A stretch of DNA of 63,155 nt, filler included, from Reclinomonas americana ATCC 50394 (GCA_048213135.1; 19 parts of 19 records of this genome joined end to end with filler, not necessarily neighbours in it); one strand, 5' to 3'; shown: positions 27,814 through 40,932, counted from the whole stretch's first letter. Notes: a model not told the origin generated them from the letters alone. Program-made: numbers and translations.

Positions 27814-28762
27814 ACGACATAGGGGGGAACACCTCGTTGTCTGGCAGGCCGTGTGTTCGAGTTAGGGAAACCGGGTCGTGGGCGGTTTCTCTCACTCCCC
27901 CTCTCGCTTTTCGCGGCCACGCAGTGCGCGTCGCAAACACGTACACATCCATGACGTCATGAGGCGTGGGTGTGCGACACCCAAGAAGCGTCAACAACAA
28001 TGCATGCAATGAATGGGTGTGTGTGCGTGACAGAATCCGATAATGAGATTCTTACCGCGCTCCCCCGCATACGGCAAATGTTGGTGTACCCAGCTTGTCG
28101 CGCACTCGTTGCATGCACATGCGCAAAAGAGACGAGCGCGTGACGGGCAAAGGAGAAAGCGAGGTCGGAGTAAAAGCAACAAACGGAGTTTGCTAACCAT
28201 TCGCACCCGTTATGGAAAGCCAAACAATCTCTCATTGTTTTTTCTCATTGTGCGCGTCGGGACGACGAACAACGCACGCACATTCACAGAAGAGACAAGC
28301 GCGAGCCGCATTCCATAGCACACACACGAACGTGAGTGGGGGGAGGGAGGGCGTGAGAAGCGGGTGTGAGACAGCGAACACTGGGACACGAGAGAGGAGC
28401 GTTCGTGTCCGGAAAAGCAAGTCCTCCCTCATTCCTTTTGCGCGTGTTGGGAGACGAGCGTCCGCAGTCCAGGTTTATTTACACGCTCACGCACACACGC
28501 ACACGCATCACACACGCACGCACGCATTCCAAGATGCACACGCACACAGCATTTACTGCGCAGAAAAGCCAAAGAGAAATGCACACACTGTTGGCAGAGA
28601 AGTGTGTGTGTGACTCGTTCTATATTGATGGTGATGATGATTCTCATTTTCTCGGTTGCTTTCTCTCTCTCCCCGCGCGTGCAGGCGTGGAGAGGCAAGG
28701 AAAGAGTGAATCTTGCCCGCCACTCCTCCCCACCACACACACACACGGCCCCTTCCCAGCGC

Positions 28763-30136
28763 ATGTCGGACGCTCTCCTCGTTGCGTGTGGTGTTCGGGT
28801 CGCTTTTCACCTCTCACTATTTACTGACGGGCGCGCTTCATCATGCACACCTCCGGCTGTTGTAGATGCTAAGTAAAGCGGCGGCCAATGCCGACCCTGC
28901 ACAGCAGCAGCAGCAACAACAACAACAGCAACAACAGGCGGCCATGATGGCGTTCCAGGTGCGCACCCCACAACTCCGTTCGGCGCCCACACTGCTTCTT
29001 CTTCATGCTCACTCTCTCTCTCTCTCTCTCGTGTAGCAACACCGATTCGATCCTATGATGATGATGATGGCGGGAGGTGGCGTCGCGCCCTCTGCTCAGC
29101 AGCAGCAGCAGCAACAGGCGGCCGCATTCATGTCTCTGACACAACAACAGCCTTCCACAAACAGGAATTCACCGCCGGCAAACCCAACCACCTCGGCCAT
29201 GATTGCCGCACAACTGCTCGCCGCACAGCAGCAACAGCAGCAGCAGGCGCCACAGCAGGTGCAGCCTGCGCCGCAGTTTGGAAATGGTGTGTTGTGGGGA
29301 CAAGAAAAAATCGCATCTGTGTGCCCGTTTTCGATATTCTTTTACTCGATCGTCACGGTGTCACGTCTCCTTTTTCTTCTTTTCTTTTCTCATTCCTCGG
29401 CGTGTTGTGCACCGTGTGGCACATTGTGCGTGTACTGCAATGGGGTTTTTTCTCTTTTTTTCCAATTGTTCTGTCGTCTGGAATGATATTCGAACGCCGG
29501 GCGGGGTTATCCTCTCTCTTTCTCTTGCTTCTCCTTCCTTCATTGTGTGGGGTGCGTGTTCGGGGCAAGCTTGTCCTTGAATGCACCATTGCTGACTCTC
29601 CTTTCACACCACACACAGGCGTGTTCGCTCCCCCGCAAGCCTCGTCGGCAGTTGCGGCCGCAGCAGCTGCAGCAGCAGCAGCGTCGCAACAGCAGCAGCA
29701 ACAACAACAACAAGCGGGGGCGGCTTCGTTGTACATGGGCGGCGACATGAGCGTTTCGCCCTTTGCCCAAACGCGCTCGCCCTTGTACGCACAACACCTG
29801 CAACAGCAGCAGCAGCATCAGCAGCAAATGTTCCAGCGACAGCAGCAAGAGTACCAGGCGAGTGCGGCGCGGCGCGCGTCGGCCGAGAGCGCAGCCGCGC
29901 GTGTGTTGCCGCCACTGCCCATGCTTGGTCTCTTTGCGGATCCCTCTCATCAGCAGCAGCAACAGCAACAACAACCACAACAACAGCAGCAGCAGCAGCC
30001 GTCATCGCCCACTCTGCGTCTCAGTCTGTCCTCCATCACCTCCTCCTCCTCGTCGTCATCGTCATCGTCGTCGTCGGCGCCCGCCAGTACCGCCTCAGTG
30101 ATTGCCGCTCTCGGCTCCCCATCGTCGATGATGTCA

Positions 30137-30167
<31 letters not shown>

Positions 30168-31048
30168 TTCTTCTTCAACAGCATCAGCAGTACCAGTTGA
30201 TGCAACAGCAACATCAGCAGCACCAAATGGACATGTCTGCTGCTGCTGCTGCTGGCAATGGTGGTGGTGGCAATGTGCTCGCACAGTACGGCATTCCCAT
30301 GCTGCACCTGCCGAGCATCACACCCATGGCCGCTCCCTACGCCGGACACATGACGTCGTCGACGCCGCTGCTGGGTGGCGGCGACAGCAAGCTCGGCTTG
30401 TTGCACATGCAGTCGCCACCGGCGGCAATTGCAGTGGCCGCGGGTGGTCAGACGGGCCACACGCCAAAACGCGGTCGCGCGGTCGGCATTGATGGCGAGA
30501 CGGCGGGCAGCATGCTGGCACCCACCAAGATGCTGGCCAATCCCACCGACGCAGGCGTGACTCCCAAGAAGCAGAAGCCGTCGGCGGCGGCCGAGATCGA
30601 CTTCACCACACTCTCCACCGACGAGCTGCGCCTGGTCGAGCAGGGTGGTGAGTGGAAGGAGAGGGGGGCGATGAAAAGAGTGGCAGAGGAGAAGCGCTCA
30701 CTTTTCTCTTTCTCGTCTCGCAGTGGCACTGGTGCAGCGGCGCTTTGTTCGTGACCTCCCCGAGCATTTGCGAGAGGCATTTGAGGACGGCAAATCTAGC
30801 GGTCGTTCGCCCAGCATCCGTGGCAGTCGCGACGACTATGTGTTGCGACTCGGCGCGAGTGGCAAGCCAATTCTGCCGCACATGCGTCGGCCGTCGCGTC
30901 GACTGGGTTCGTGTGTGTGTGTGCGCGCGCGAGAGAGGGTTCCCATGCAGCGCACTGACTTTATGTATGCGGGGAAAAAACAGTGCTTCAAATGCTGTCG
31001 CGGGAGCTGGAGGTGCACCTGACGCAGCAAGACCGAGTGTGGAAGGCA
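28763..31048 (+). CDS. PolyQ/Ala/Ser-rich protein with a more ordered C-terminal region, possible transcriptional regulator (3' end not seen)
   Basis: MSDALL|MLSKAAANADPAQQQ... Exons 28763-28780, 28866-28958, 29037-29286, 29619-30647, 30724-30906 and 30984-31048 join in frame through GT-AG introns. Basic NLS-like motifs TPKRGR and TPKKQK. Confidence 0.7.
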
Positions 31049-31299
31049 GTTGCGTGGCTGGGATGCATGGAGCGAAGGAGTGCCTGAGCGGGAGTCTCTC
31101 TCTCCTTTCACGTCTCTTTCCATTGTTTATGTCATTTCGGCTCTCTTACCGTCTCGTATTCTTCCATTTGTCTCGAATTTCAACGCGGTTTGTCTTTCTT
31201 CTTCCTGCCTCTTTCGCTCTCCCTGTGCTTCGAAAGTGCGTTATCTTGGCCCCTGCGTTGGCTGTTCACGCCAACCGCAGTTCTTTCATCTCGCCTCCC

Positions 31300-31679
31300 C
31301 TCTCGCTCCGTCGTCTCTCCTGACCAGATACGCGACATTTGTCGTCTCCTTTCCTGTGCAAGTTCCGTACTCTCCCTCGCGTCTTTGTTCTCGCCTCTCG
31401 CTCTCTTCTCTTTCGTCTCTTGATCGGTGTACGACACTGGTCATCTCCTGCTTCTTTTGCCGGTTCCAAACTATCCCTCGCGTCATTGTTCTCGCCTCGC
31501 GTTTCGCTCTCTTCCTTCTCTCTTGACTAGATGCGTGAGATTTTCGTCTCCGGTTTCGTATCCATCTTTGCCTGTCGGCTTTGTTCTCACCTCTTGTCTC
31601 GATCTCTTTCGTGGATGCGTGACATCATTCGTCTCCTGCTTCTTGTGCCGGCTCCGTACTCTCCCTCGCATATTTGATC

Positions 31680-31722
<43 letters not shown>

Positions 31723-31790
31723 CGTCTCTCCTGAACCGGAAGCACAACACCGGTCGTCTTCCGTTTTCCTTTGCGAATTCCACACCTTTG
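31300..31790 (+). repeat. Degenerate tandem repeat of about 100 nt (4-5 copies), intronic
   Basis: Recurring 'tcgtctctcctga..aga..cg.gaca...tcgtctcctgcttct.gtgccggttccgtactctccctcgc'. Confidence 0.7.
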
Positions 31791-31945
31791 TTCTCGCTTC
31801 TCTCTCTGCGTCCCCCCTCTTCCTCACGCCGNNNNNNNNNNNNNNNNNNNNNNNNNNNNNNNNNNNNNNNNNNNNTTAATTAATTAANNNNNNNNNNNNN
31901 NNNNNNNNNNNNNNNNNNNNNNNNNNNNNNNTCTCTCTCCTCCTT

Positions 31946-32001
<56 letters not shown>

Positions 32002-32583
32002 CTCCCCCTCCTGCTATCCGTTTCGTACGCATTTTCTTTGTCCTGTTGTTCTTGGAAATGCATCACTCTTTGTTCAACTCACCTGTCTGTCTTGTTACAA
32101 TTCCTCACTTCTATTGCCTTCTTGTATCCTCCGCCTGTCATTCCACTTCCATCCGATCTGCACACTCCTTCTTCTCTCTGTCGTCTGTCATTTACACAAA
32201 CCCTCAATTCATCCTGGTGCATAGTGTTACCGTGCATCCTGCGGCTGTCATTGCATCTTCCCATCCGGTCTTCTTACACACTCGTTTCCTTCACGCCGCC
32301 GTCTGCCTAATACTGAGTTCTTTTTCCTGCCCCTCGTATGTGCCTCATATCCATTGCCGTCTGCACTCTTTACTCGCGAGGCTCCGTCTCCCTGGTTTAC
32401 ACCTCATTCTTTTCTCTGGCTGCTCGTCTTCCATGTTCTCTTTCTCCCTACCTTAACTCCTATTTCTTTTTTTCTCTCCTTTCCCTTCCTCTCTACCCCT
32501 CTCACATCCTCCCCCTCTCTCCTCCCTTTCCCTCTTTCCTCCCTTCCCCCCTTCCACCTTCCCCTCTCACCCCTTTTCTGCAG

Positions 32584-35500
32584 GCGGCTCACCGGCAACC
32601 GGCAGCTCTCTGGTGCTGGCCAGTGGCGGCGCTGCTCGCCTCACGGCACCATCCACATCGACGACGCCAGTGACAATACACAACAGTCTGAGTGTGGCCG
32701 GCACCGAGTTCCGTCTGGGTTTGGGCACGAGCGCGGCCGATGCGGCCACCGCGCGAGCCATGATTGTGAGCAGTCGCCAGTTGAACATTAATCCGTTGCG
32801 TCAAGATTGTTTGTTGTTGCTGTTGTTGCCTTACATGTCATGTCCTCGAAGAGCTCACTGCGCGCGCTCCAGATTCTCTGACTTTTCGCAAGTCGGCATT
32901 GGTCAGACTGCGGTGCGCATTTACGAGACGCCATCGCCACTCAATTGCACCATGGTGGTGCGTGGCGGCATCTCGGCGAGTCTCGGGTCACCGTCGGACA
33001 TTATCGATGGTGGTTTTACGGTTGGCACGGGATCCGGCACTGGCATGTACACGCCCATTGGTTGCGTCCCGCCATTGCTTCTCTCTCCCTCGTTTTTAGT
33101 CTCACCGCCGCCTCTTCATTGACGCCCCGTAGGTTCCGAGGATTTGGTCTTCTACATCAAGGGGCGTGTGCGCATGCGTATTCGCGACCAGGGCGGCGTC
33201 GACTACATTGGCGCCGCGCTTTCGTACGAATTCAACTCGTTCAAATTCGGCAGTCCACAGCGTCTGGCCATGTCGGCGGACGGCATCGACTCCAACACGC
33301 TGAGCAGCGACAATGCACTCCATTTCAATCCTGCCAACGAGTTTGCCGACGGCATTACCATTGGGTGTGTGCCATTTCTCTTTTTCCAAGCCATCCTTTC
33401 GTTCTCTTGTGACTGCTGATGAACTGACTTGCTTGGTTCGGTTGGGAAAATCAGATGGCCATCACTGTCGCTGGTCTCGACGGCCGGCATCAGCTCTCTG
33501 ACGGTTAATGGTGGCGTGCGTGCGCGAGTTGGTCTCCCTCCTCCCCTCGGCGCGCACTATGATGTCGGCTTTGGATTCATGACCGATCTCCCAACCGGCG
33601 TTTATGTCGACAGTTTCGTGCTCGGGTGCACGCTGCAGCTCGCAACAAAATCTCTCGTGTGCTGACACTCTTCTCGTGCGATAGGTGCGACAGTGGGTGA
33701 CCTCGTTGGTGTCTCGTCGGGCGTGGAAGTACTGCGCTTCACCACTGTGTCGGGAGAACCCAGTGTGCAATTCAATTCTCGCACGCTACTCACTGGCGAC
33801 TCCATGTCCAACTTGCACATGGCCGACGGCTTTTCCAACCTTTACTTTTCCTCCGATCGTGTGGTGCGTGCGTACATAGTGAGAAGCCGTCAAGATTACA
33901 ATGTCATGACTCGCACAACAGATCGTGAGCGGCACTTCTGGCTTTGTGGGCGTCGGCGTGTCCACCCCGNNNNNNNNNNNNNNNNNNNNNNNNNNNNNNN
34001 NNNNNNNNNNNNNTTAATTAATTAANNNNNNNNNNNNNNNNNNNNNNNNNNNNNNNNNNNNNNNNNNNNGTCTCTGTTCAACATGCCGCTCATCGAGCTG
34101 GTGTCTCCATCGTCGGTGCGATTGGCGTACGGATGTGACGACATTTTCTTCCGCGATACGGCAGTCTTGACCAAGGCCGGGCGGCTGGGGGTGGGGGTGA
34201 TGAGTCCCCGTGCTCGCGTTCACAGTGCAGGAGGCGTGCAATCTGCTCGCGGCCTGCCAAACAGCGCCTCGCTCTCCGATGTCGGTTTCGCCTTTAATCA
34301 GCTAGCCTCCACGGGTCTCTTTGCGAGCGGTGAGAAGCGCCTGTGAAGGCTCTTGTTCCTTAGCATCGTCTCTTGCATTCGCTCAACGGGGAGTCTTGCG
34401 CAGCCACCGACCCTGTGAGCCTGGTTGTGATGCTCAGTGGGACGACACGAGTTTCCATTCCGGATATCAGTCTTGGTCCACTGACGCTTGTCGGCAACAC
34501 GTTGATCGACGGCACAACCCTCTTTTTGGATTCTCAGGCATTCGGCCAGTCGGAAGACTCAAAGGCCAGATTACGCGTGGGTGGTGGATACTCAGAGGTG
34601 GTGTGGAAGGACGACCGAATGGTTTGTTGCTGTCTGTGGTGTGGTGCGCGCGCACTTACATCGTCGCCCTCCCTTACATGCCTGATGTCGGCTGGCGCAG
34701 ATTCTGACGCGAAACAAGCACTATTTGGGTGTGGGTGTATTGTCACCGGCTGGCACCATCCACTCGGCGGGTTCCGTGCGCGCTGCATTCGGCACACCAT
34801 CTGTGGCGTCCTCCAATGTCGGCTTTGCATTCGAATCGACTGGAAACACCGGCTTGTTTGCCTACGGTTTGTCACCTGACCACTCATGTGCACATTTATT
34901 TCCTCGAGTGTTTCTAATTTTTTGTGTGCATGTTCTCCACTATCAGGGAGCCCCGTGAATCTGCACCTGGCTGTCAACTCAGCCTCGCGTATTCAAATAC
35001 CGGACTTGGCGTCGCCAGTGATTGTGCATGGTGATTTGTCAGTTGACGGCAACTCCTTGAGGTTGGGAACGGCCGGTTCCGGGAATCCGCTTGCGCTGCA
35101 GTACCGATCGATAGACGGCCAGCTGCTGGTCAACCCCACCTTGGATGCACCGTTGGGTATTGTGTTTGGCCAGGATCACATGCGATTGGACACGAGTGGC
35201 ACCGGTCGACTCGGAGTTGGACTTGGCGGAGGTGTTGGCCTTGCACCACAGGTTACGTACGTGTTCTGTTGATGTATGTGTCTTGCGGGAAGAAGGAAGA
35301 GGGGGAGGGGAGCAAAGGGACAGAAGTAAGCAAGCGAAGGGTGGGGTTTTCATGTTGCTGTGCGGTCTCCAGTGAGTCGCCTTTTGGCTTCTCAGCTGTT
35401 ATCCTCCAATGCACCATTCACGTCTCTCGTCATTCCTTTAGTGTCACATCTCTTCGTTTCTGTCATCCCATTCCTTGTTACTTTGCTCAATTTCTTTGTC

Positions 35501-38500
35501 GTAGTCACCACTCACTCGTTCTCCTTCTCCCTTCTCTCTCCCTTCGCCTCTCCCCCTTTGCTCTTCCCCCTTTGCTCTTCCCCCTTTGCTCTTCCCCCTT
35601 TGCTCTTCCCCCTTTGCTCATCCCCCTTCGCTCTTCCCCCTTCGCTCTTCCCCCTTCGCTCTTCCCCCTTTGCTCTTCCCCCTTTGCTCTTCCCCTTTGC
35701 TCTTCCCCCCTTTGCTCATCCCCCTGTGTTCATCCCCCTTCACTCTTCCCCTTTGCTCATCCCCCTGTGCTCTTCCCTCTTCACTACCATTCACTCATTC
35801 TCCTCCCTGCGATCTCTTCTCTCTTCCCTCTATCCGCTCTTCCCCCCCTTCGCCACAGTCCACCATCCACTCTGGCGGCGGTGTTCGCGCGAGTAAGGGA
35901 CTTGGGTCGAACGATTCAAGCGACGTTGGCTTTGCTTTTGCTGGCGACGGCAACACGGGCATGTTTGCTGACGGAGGTAAGTAGCCCTGCAGTCTCTCTC
36001 CTCTTGGACATTCTCAAGCACACGTTTCCGTTTGCGCGCAGGTGACAACACATCAGGCAGCTCTCTAGCATTGTCGGCCGACGGAAGGGTCCGATTGCGC
36101 ATTNNNNNNNNNNNNNNNNNNNNNNNNNNNNNNNNNNNNNNNNNNNNTTAATTAATTAANNNNNNNNNNNNNNNNNNNNNNNNNNNNNNNNNNNNNNNNN
36201 NNNCTACAGGTGCTCCCTCTCTCCCTCCCTCCCTTCTCCCCCACTCCTCCGCTCTCCACTCATCTGTGCGCTTGGCAGGCACTGGCGTCTCTGGGAGCTC
36301 CTTGGTTCTGCAAGTCGACGGCGTCTCTCGCATTCAAGTGCCTCCCGTTGGCGGCGCCGTGTCCATCAGTGGCGATGTCTCGATTGCGTCAACTCGACTG
36401 TCGTTGGGCACACCAGCTCGAGTGGTGTTGCAGACACAAGACGCTCTTGGTCTTTTGTCTCTCAATCCCGGTTCGTCGACGCCTCATTGCTTCGAATGCC
36501 CCCTTGCAGCAACCACACTGATTGCCTGTGTTGTTCTGTGATAAAAATCGCGCAGGCAATGCGTTCGAGAATGGCATCGTGTTTGGCGACAACCAGATGA
36601 TTTTGAGTTCGACAGGCACTGGTCGTCTTGGAGTCGGCAGTGCTCTGGCGCTGGCGCCGGAGGCCACGCTGCATTCGGCAGGAGGTTTGTGCGTGCGAGG
36701 GAGAGAGCCGTGTTGTGAATCAGTTGTTTACTTGCGCGGGCGTAGGTGTACGAGCGGCCAAGGGTCTCTCTGGTGGCAACAGCGGCGATGTGGGCTTTGC
36801 GTTTGCCAAGGACGGCGACACTGGCTTGTTTGCATCTGGAGGTTGTGTTTTTTTTCTTTCTCACCATTCCTTTGCGTGTGCGCGTGGTGTCTCACACGAT
36901 TGCGCTCTTTGATAGGCACAAGTTCTGACACCAGCTCCCTCTCGCTGGTCATTGACGGATCGCAGCGCCTGCTGATTCCCAGCGACACGAGTGCCTCTGT
37001 GGCGCTCTCCCAGTCGCTCCTGGTTGGCGGCGGCTCGGTTGCCGTGGGCACCAGCAACCGCGTCGCTCTGTCGTACAATTCTGCCACTGATATTCTGGGC
37101 ATTAACTCCTCGCTGGCGTTCACTGGCGGCGTGGCGTTCGGCGGCAGCCAAATGTTCCTGCGCACCTCTGATGGTCGCTTGGCAGTGGGGTCATCGTTGC
37201 GTTTGTGTTGCCCGACTCCGACGTCTCATTTCCCACTCTCATCAGTCTCCCGCCATCAGTCTCGGAAACAACCCACTGGCCACAATTCATGCGGCTGGCG
37301 GTGTGCGCGCGGCGAAGGGTGTGATTCCTGCGTCAAACAGCGGAGACGCAGGGTACGCCTTTGACAGCGATGGGGATACTGGTCTGTTTGCCGTGGGTGG
37401 GACGACCGCCAATGGCAGTGACATGGTGCTGGCGGTGGACGGAGTTGCACGCATCCAAATGCCCAACTCACTCGCCAGCAACGTAATTATCACTGGTGGT
37501 GGCTTGTCGATTCTCGGCTCTTCGCTGCAGTTGGGCGCGGGAGGACGCTCGCCGCTGTTTTTCGATTCGGCAACCGATGTACTGCACATCAATTTCGGCG
37601 CGGCCTACACTGGTGGCGTCAATGTGGCCGGAGGANNNNNNNNNNNNNNNNNNNNNNNNNNNNNNNNNNNNNNNNNNNNTTAATTAATTAANNNNNNNNN
37701 NNNNNNNNNNNNNNNNNNNNNNNNNNNNNNNNNNNTTTCTCGTTCGGCGCGTACGGTGATAGCGGCCTGTACATGACTGGTGCGTCTGCTGTTCCAGTGC
37801 GATCTCTGGACGCCCCCTTTCAGTTTTTCACTCACCTCTGTATCGTGTTGTTTTAGCCGCGGCGTCAGTGGGCGATTTGGTGATGAGCATTGGTGGAGTT
37901 AGCCGGCTGCGTATACCGGCGGATTCGTTGCTGCCAGTCACGGTGTTTGGCACGCTAGACGTACAGCAAAACAGCGTGCGCGTGGGTGGAGTATCTCTGG
38001 CCGGCACAGTCGGCTCTGTAATTCGCCTTGGTAGCGATGCTTCGCAAGTCTTCCTCGGGCCGGATGCGTTGGTGTGTGTTGTCGAGAAATTCGCTGTTGA
38101 GTCCTTGTTCGTTGGGTGACACGGTTGCCATTTTTTTACAGATGGTTGCCTCTACGGGTTTGGTCGGTATTGGCACAAGTGCGCCAGGCACTCAGCTGCA
38201 CGTGCTGGGTGGTGTGCGTGCGGGACGTGGGGCGACAGCATCCAACGCCGGCTTTTCGTTTGACGGAGCCGCGGGCACTGGCATGTTCTCAACATCAGCG
38301 ACGAACAACTTGTCGCTCACGGTGGATTCGACCACCCGCTTGTTCATTCCAACCAGTGTCATTGATGCTATCGCCCTGACTGGTTCGCTGTCGGTGTCGG
38401 GGTCGGCCATCAGCCTTGCTGGCGCTCCCCTCGCTACTATTGGGCTGGCATCATCGGTGTCCTTTGTCCCATCTGCCATCGGAGACATTACGTGGCGCGC

Positions 38501-39926
38501 AAATTCTCCGACGTTGGCCATGGTCCTTTCCAGCTCTGGTCGGCTGGGTATTGGTATTGGGGCGCCTGTCACTCGCTTGCATGTTGCCGGCGGCGTTCAA
38601 GTGGCACAGGGTGACCCGGCTGGCGGCAGCCTCGATGTTGGTGTATCGTTCCAGGGTCCAAGTGGCGCCACTGGTCTGTTCTCCCCTGTGACTACGGCCG
38701 CCGACTTGGCGCTGCGTGTGAACGGTGTAAATCGGCTCTATGTGCCCAGCCTTGCCGCTACAGCTGTCACCGTCACTGGTGATGTGGCAATCACTGGCTC
38801 CACAATCACTCTCGGTACTGCGCCGCTGGCATCGTTCGCTGCATCTGTGCTCGTTATCGGCGGTGGTACCCAGGAGATGCGCTGGGGCGCCACGCCGACT
38901 CGCATGACTCTTCTCAGCGGTGGAGCTCTTGGAGTGGGCACCAGCGCACCACGTGGCCGTCTCGAAGTAGCTGGCGGCGTGCGTGCAAGCCGTGGCATTC
39001 CAGCCTCCACTGCCGACGACTTTGGTTTTTCGTTTGAGAGCTTCGGTTCTACTGGACTGTTCTGCGACTCTGTGAGTGGGACATCGTGCAACCTCGTGGT
39101 GCAAGTTGGTGGAACTCCGCGGATCACCGTGCCCGCAACATCACCCTCAACCATTAGCATGACGGGCAATCTCGCCATCTCTGAGACCACTGTATCCCTG
39201 GCCTCGAGCGCGGTACTCGAGGCGCTTAGTACAGCGCCGAATGCTGGTGGTCTCCGCGTTGGAGGTGGCTTCACGGGCAACATACTCGTGGCGAGTCGTG
39301 CCGTGTTCACTGGCGCAGGCTGGCTCGGTGTAGGTACGCTGGCCCCTGAAGCGTCGCTGCACACAGTCGGCGGCGTGCGAGCCGGCAAGGGTTCGCCGCC
39401 CGTTGCCGGCAATAGTGGAAATGTGGGATACTCGTTTACTGGTGACGGTGACACTGGCATGTTTGCCAGCACCAGCGCCGGCGTTGGTACCAGCTTGATG
39501 TTCCTCATCGACAATGTGTCGAAACTGCGAATCGACGCCTTTGCCAGCACGGTGCTCAGCATGGCCGGTGATGTCGATGTGGCCTCTCCGGGATCGAAGC
39601 TGTCCGTCAACTCGAAGAGTGCACTGGAACTCGAATTCGGTACGCAGCTGACCATTGGTCGTGAGTTTGCTGCGGCGGTCGTCGCCGCCAGCAGCGTGTC
39701 AATCGGTCAACTGGGTATGACGTCGACCCAGACGGTTATTGTCAGCTGCGTATATGCTGCATTTCGCTCGTCATCTCTTTCACGTCGTGTATTCACGTAC
39801 TGTATCGTGCAGACGCGACCACAAGTGTCTCTGTCAATACTGCTGTCGTCCGAGTCGGGAGCGCCGCCGGGCAAGTGCTGCGTCTCACTCCTGGAGTGCC
39901 GTTCGTCGTCGACCTGGATGCCGTGG
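32584..39926 (+). CDS. Multi-exon Gly/Val/Ser-rich beta-fibre protein with >=12 tail-fibre-like repeats (partial at both ends)
   Basis: Repeat of about 120 aa: 'GRLGVGxxxPxAxLHxAGGVRAxKGxP...SxDVGFxFxxDGDTGLFA...LxLxVDGxxRLxIP'. Visible in ORF 38028-39974 and in spliced exons at 34170, 34700, 35200, 36620 and 37170. Introns are GT-AG. Confidence 0.85.
35550..35775 (+). repeat. Intronic 14-nt minisatellite CCCCTTTGCTCTTC
   Basis: Tandem near-perfect copies. Confidence 0.92.
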
Positions 39927-40026
39927 NNNNNNNNNNNNNNNNNNNNNNNNNNNNNNNNNNNNNNNNNNNNTTAATTAATTAANNNNNNNNNNNNNNNNNN
40001 NNNNNNNNNNNNNNNNNNNNNNNNNN

Positions 40027-40932
40027 ATCGCTGGGTCAGCGTCAGTGGTATCGTCCGCGACTTGCAGGATGCGACTTTCGAGTGCGATGTGTCGATCATC
40101 TTGTTGCTGGATTGCTGTCGCAGCTGGATGCCACCTCCGCGGTTTGCTTGTGTGGAGTGTACCTCTCGGCTGCTTCTTCACCGCCCTGATGACATGCGCT
40201 TGCACGCAGCAATGTGGTGCCACGTTCTGGCTCCATGGGTGTCACGCTCGTGCAGTTGAGCAGCCAGATGTCGCCTCAATTTGTCGATGGCTGTGTCATC
40301 GGCTACGCCACGTCGAATGGCAGGTCTGTAATAATGCCGCCGCGCAACTCTGAAGACAAAGGCTCGTGTGCGTTTGCTATCGTGGTTGTATTGCAGCAGT
40401 ACTCACTGTCAGTGCAGGGTTCATTCTCGTACCATTGTACACTGAGGCGTTGGAGGAGGAACTGCGTCGCGGAGGCGAGATTCACACAATCTTGGTGGCT
40501 GTGAGCAGAGCTGTTCGACGGCGTGCTGTTGCTCACTGCAGCCAGGAGATTGAGAAGATGCGAGTTCTACAGCAATCACTTCAGGAGCTGCGGGAAAAGG
40601 CTTTTGATGAGATTGAGTGTGAGCGTCTGGATGACAAGCTGGTGGACGTGAGCCGCTACGTCGAAGAACTGGAACAAGGTGGTCACGAATTATTTCAGAC
40701 CCCATGCTTTTCGTCGTCTCTCAGCGACTTGCTCGTGCTGGTGAGTAACGTACTCACTGCCGTTGATGTGATTGCGACTAACATGGATGTCCGGATCCCA
40801 GCCACCTGTTCCGCGAAGTCCACCGACATCTGTGCCGCCACCGACATCTGTACCGTCTCCGGCAACTTTCATGGACGTAGAGTGACTGCGTGGCTTGATG
40901 CGGTGGCTCAGACCAGCACAGCGTATACGTAA
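40027..40932 (+). CDS. Caspase-family (peptidase C14, paracaspase/bacterial-type) protein, C-terminal part
   Basis: Spliced frame gives 'IVRDLQDATFECDVSIILLLDCCRSW' (catalytic DxCR at 40110-40121), 'GCVIGYATSNGRSV', 'LYTEALEEELRRGGEIHTILVAVSRAV' and 'QTPCFSSSLSDLLVL'. These match the C14 p20 end and the p10 motifs. The His motif would lie in the gap. Confidence 0.75.

Noticed and set aside
38192..39655. Long antisense ORFs opposite the fibre gene (similarly 57538-58551 and 57020-58132)
   Set aside because: Shadow ORFs from GC-rich codon bias, with no independent motifs.
32584..39926. Endogenous virus or prophage insertion
   Set aside because: No capsid, polymerase, integrase or packaging ATPase genes. 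The fibre gene has host-type introns and host neighbours.
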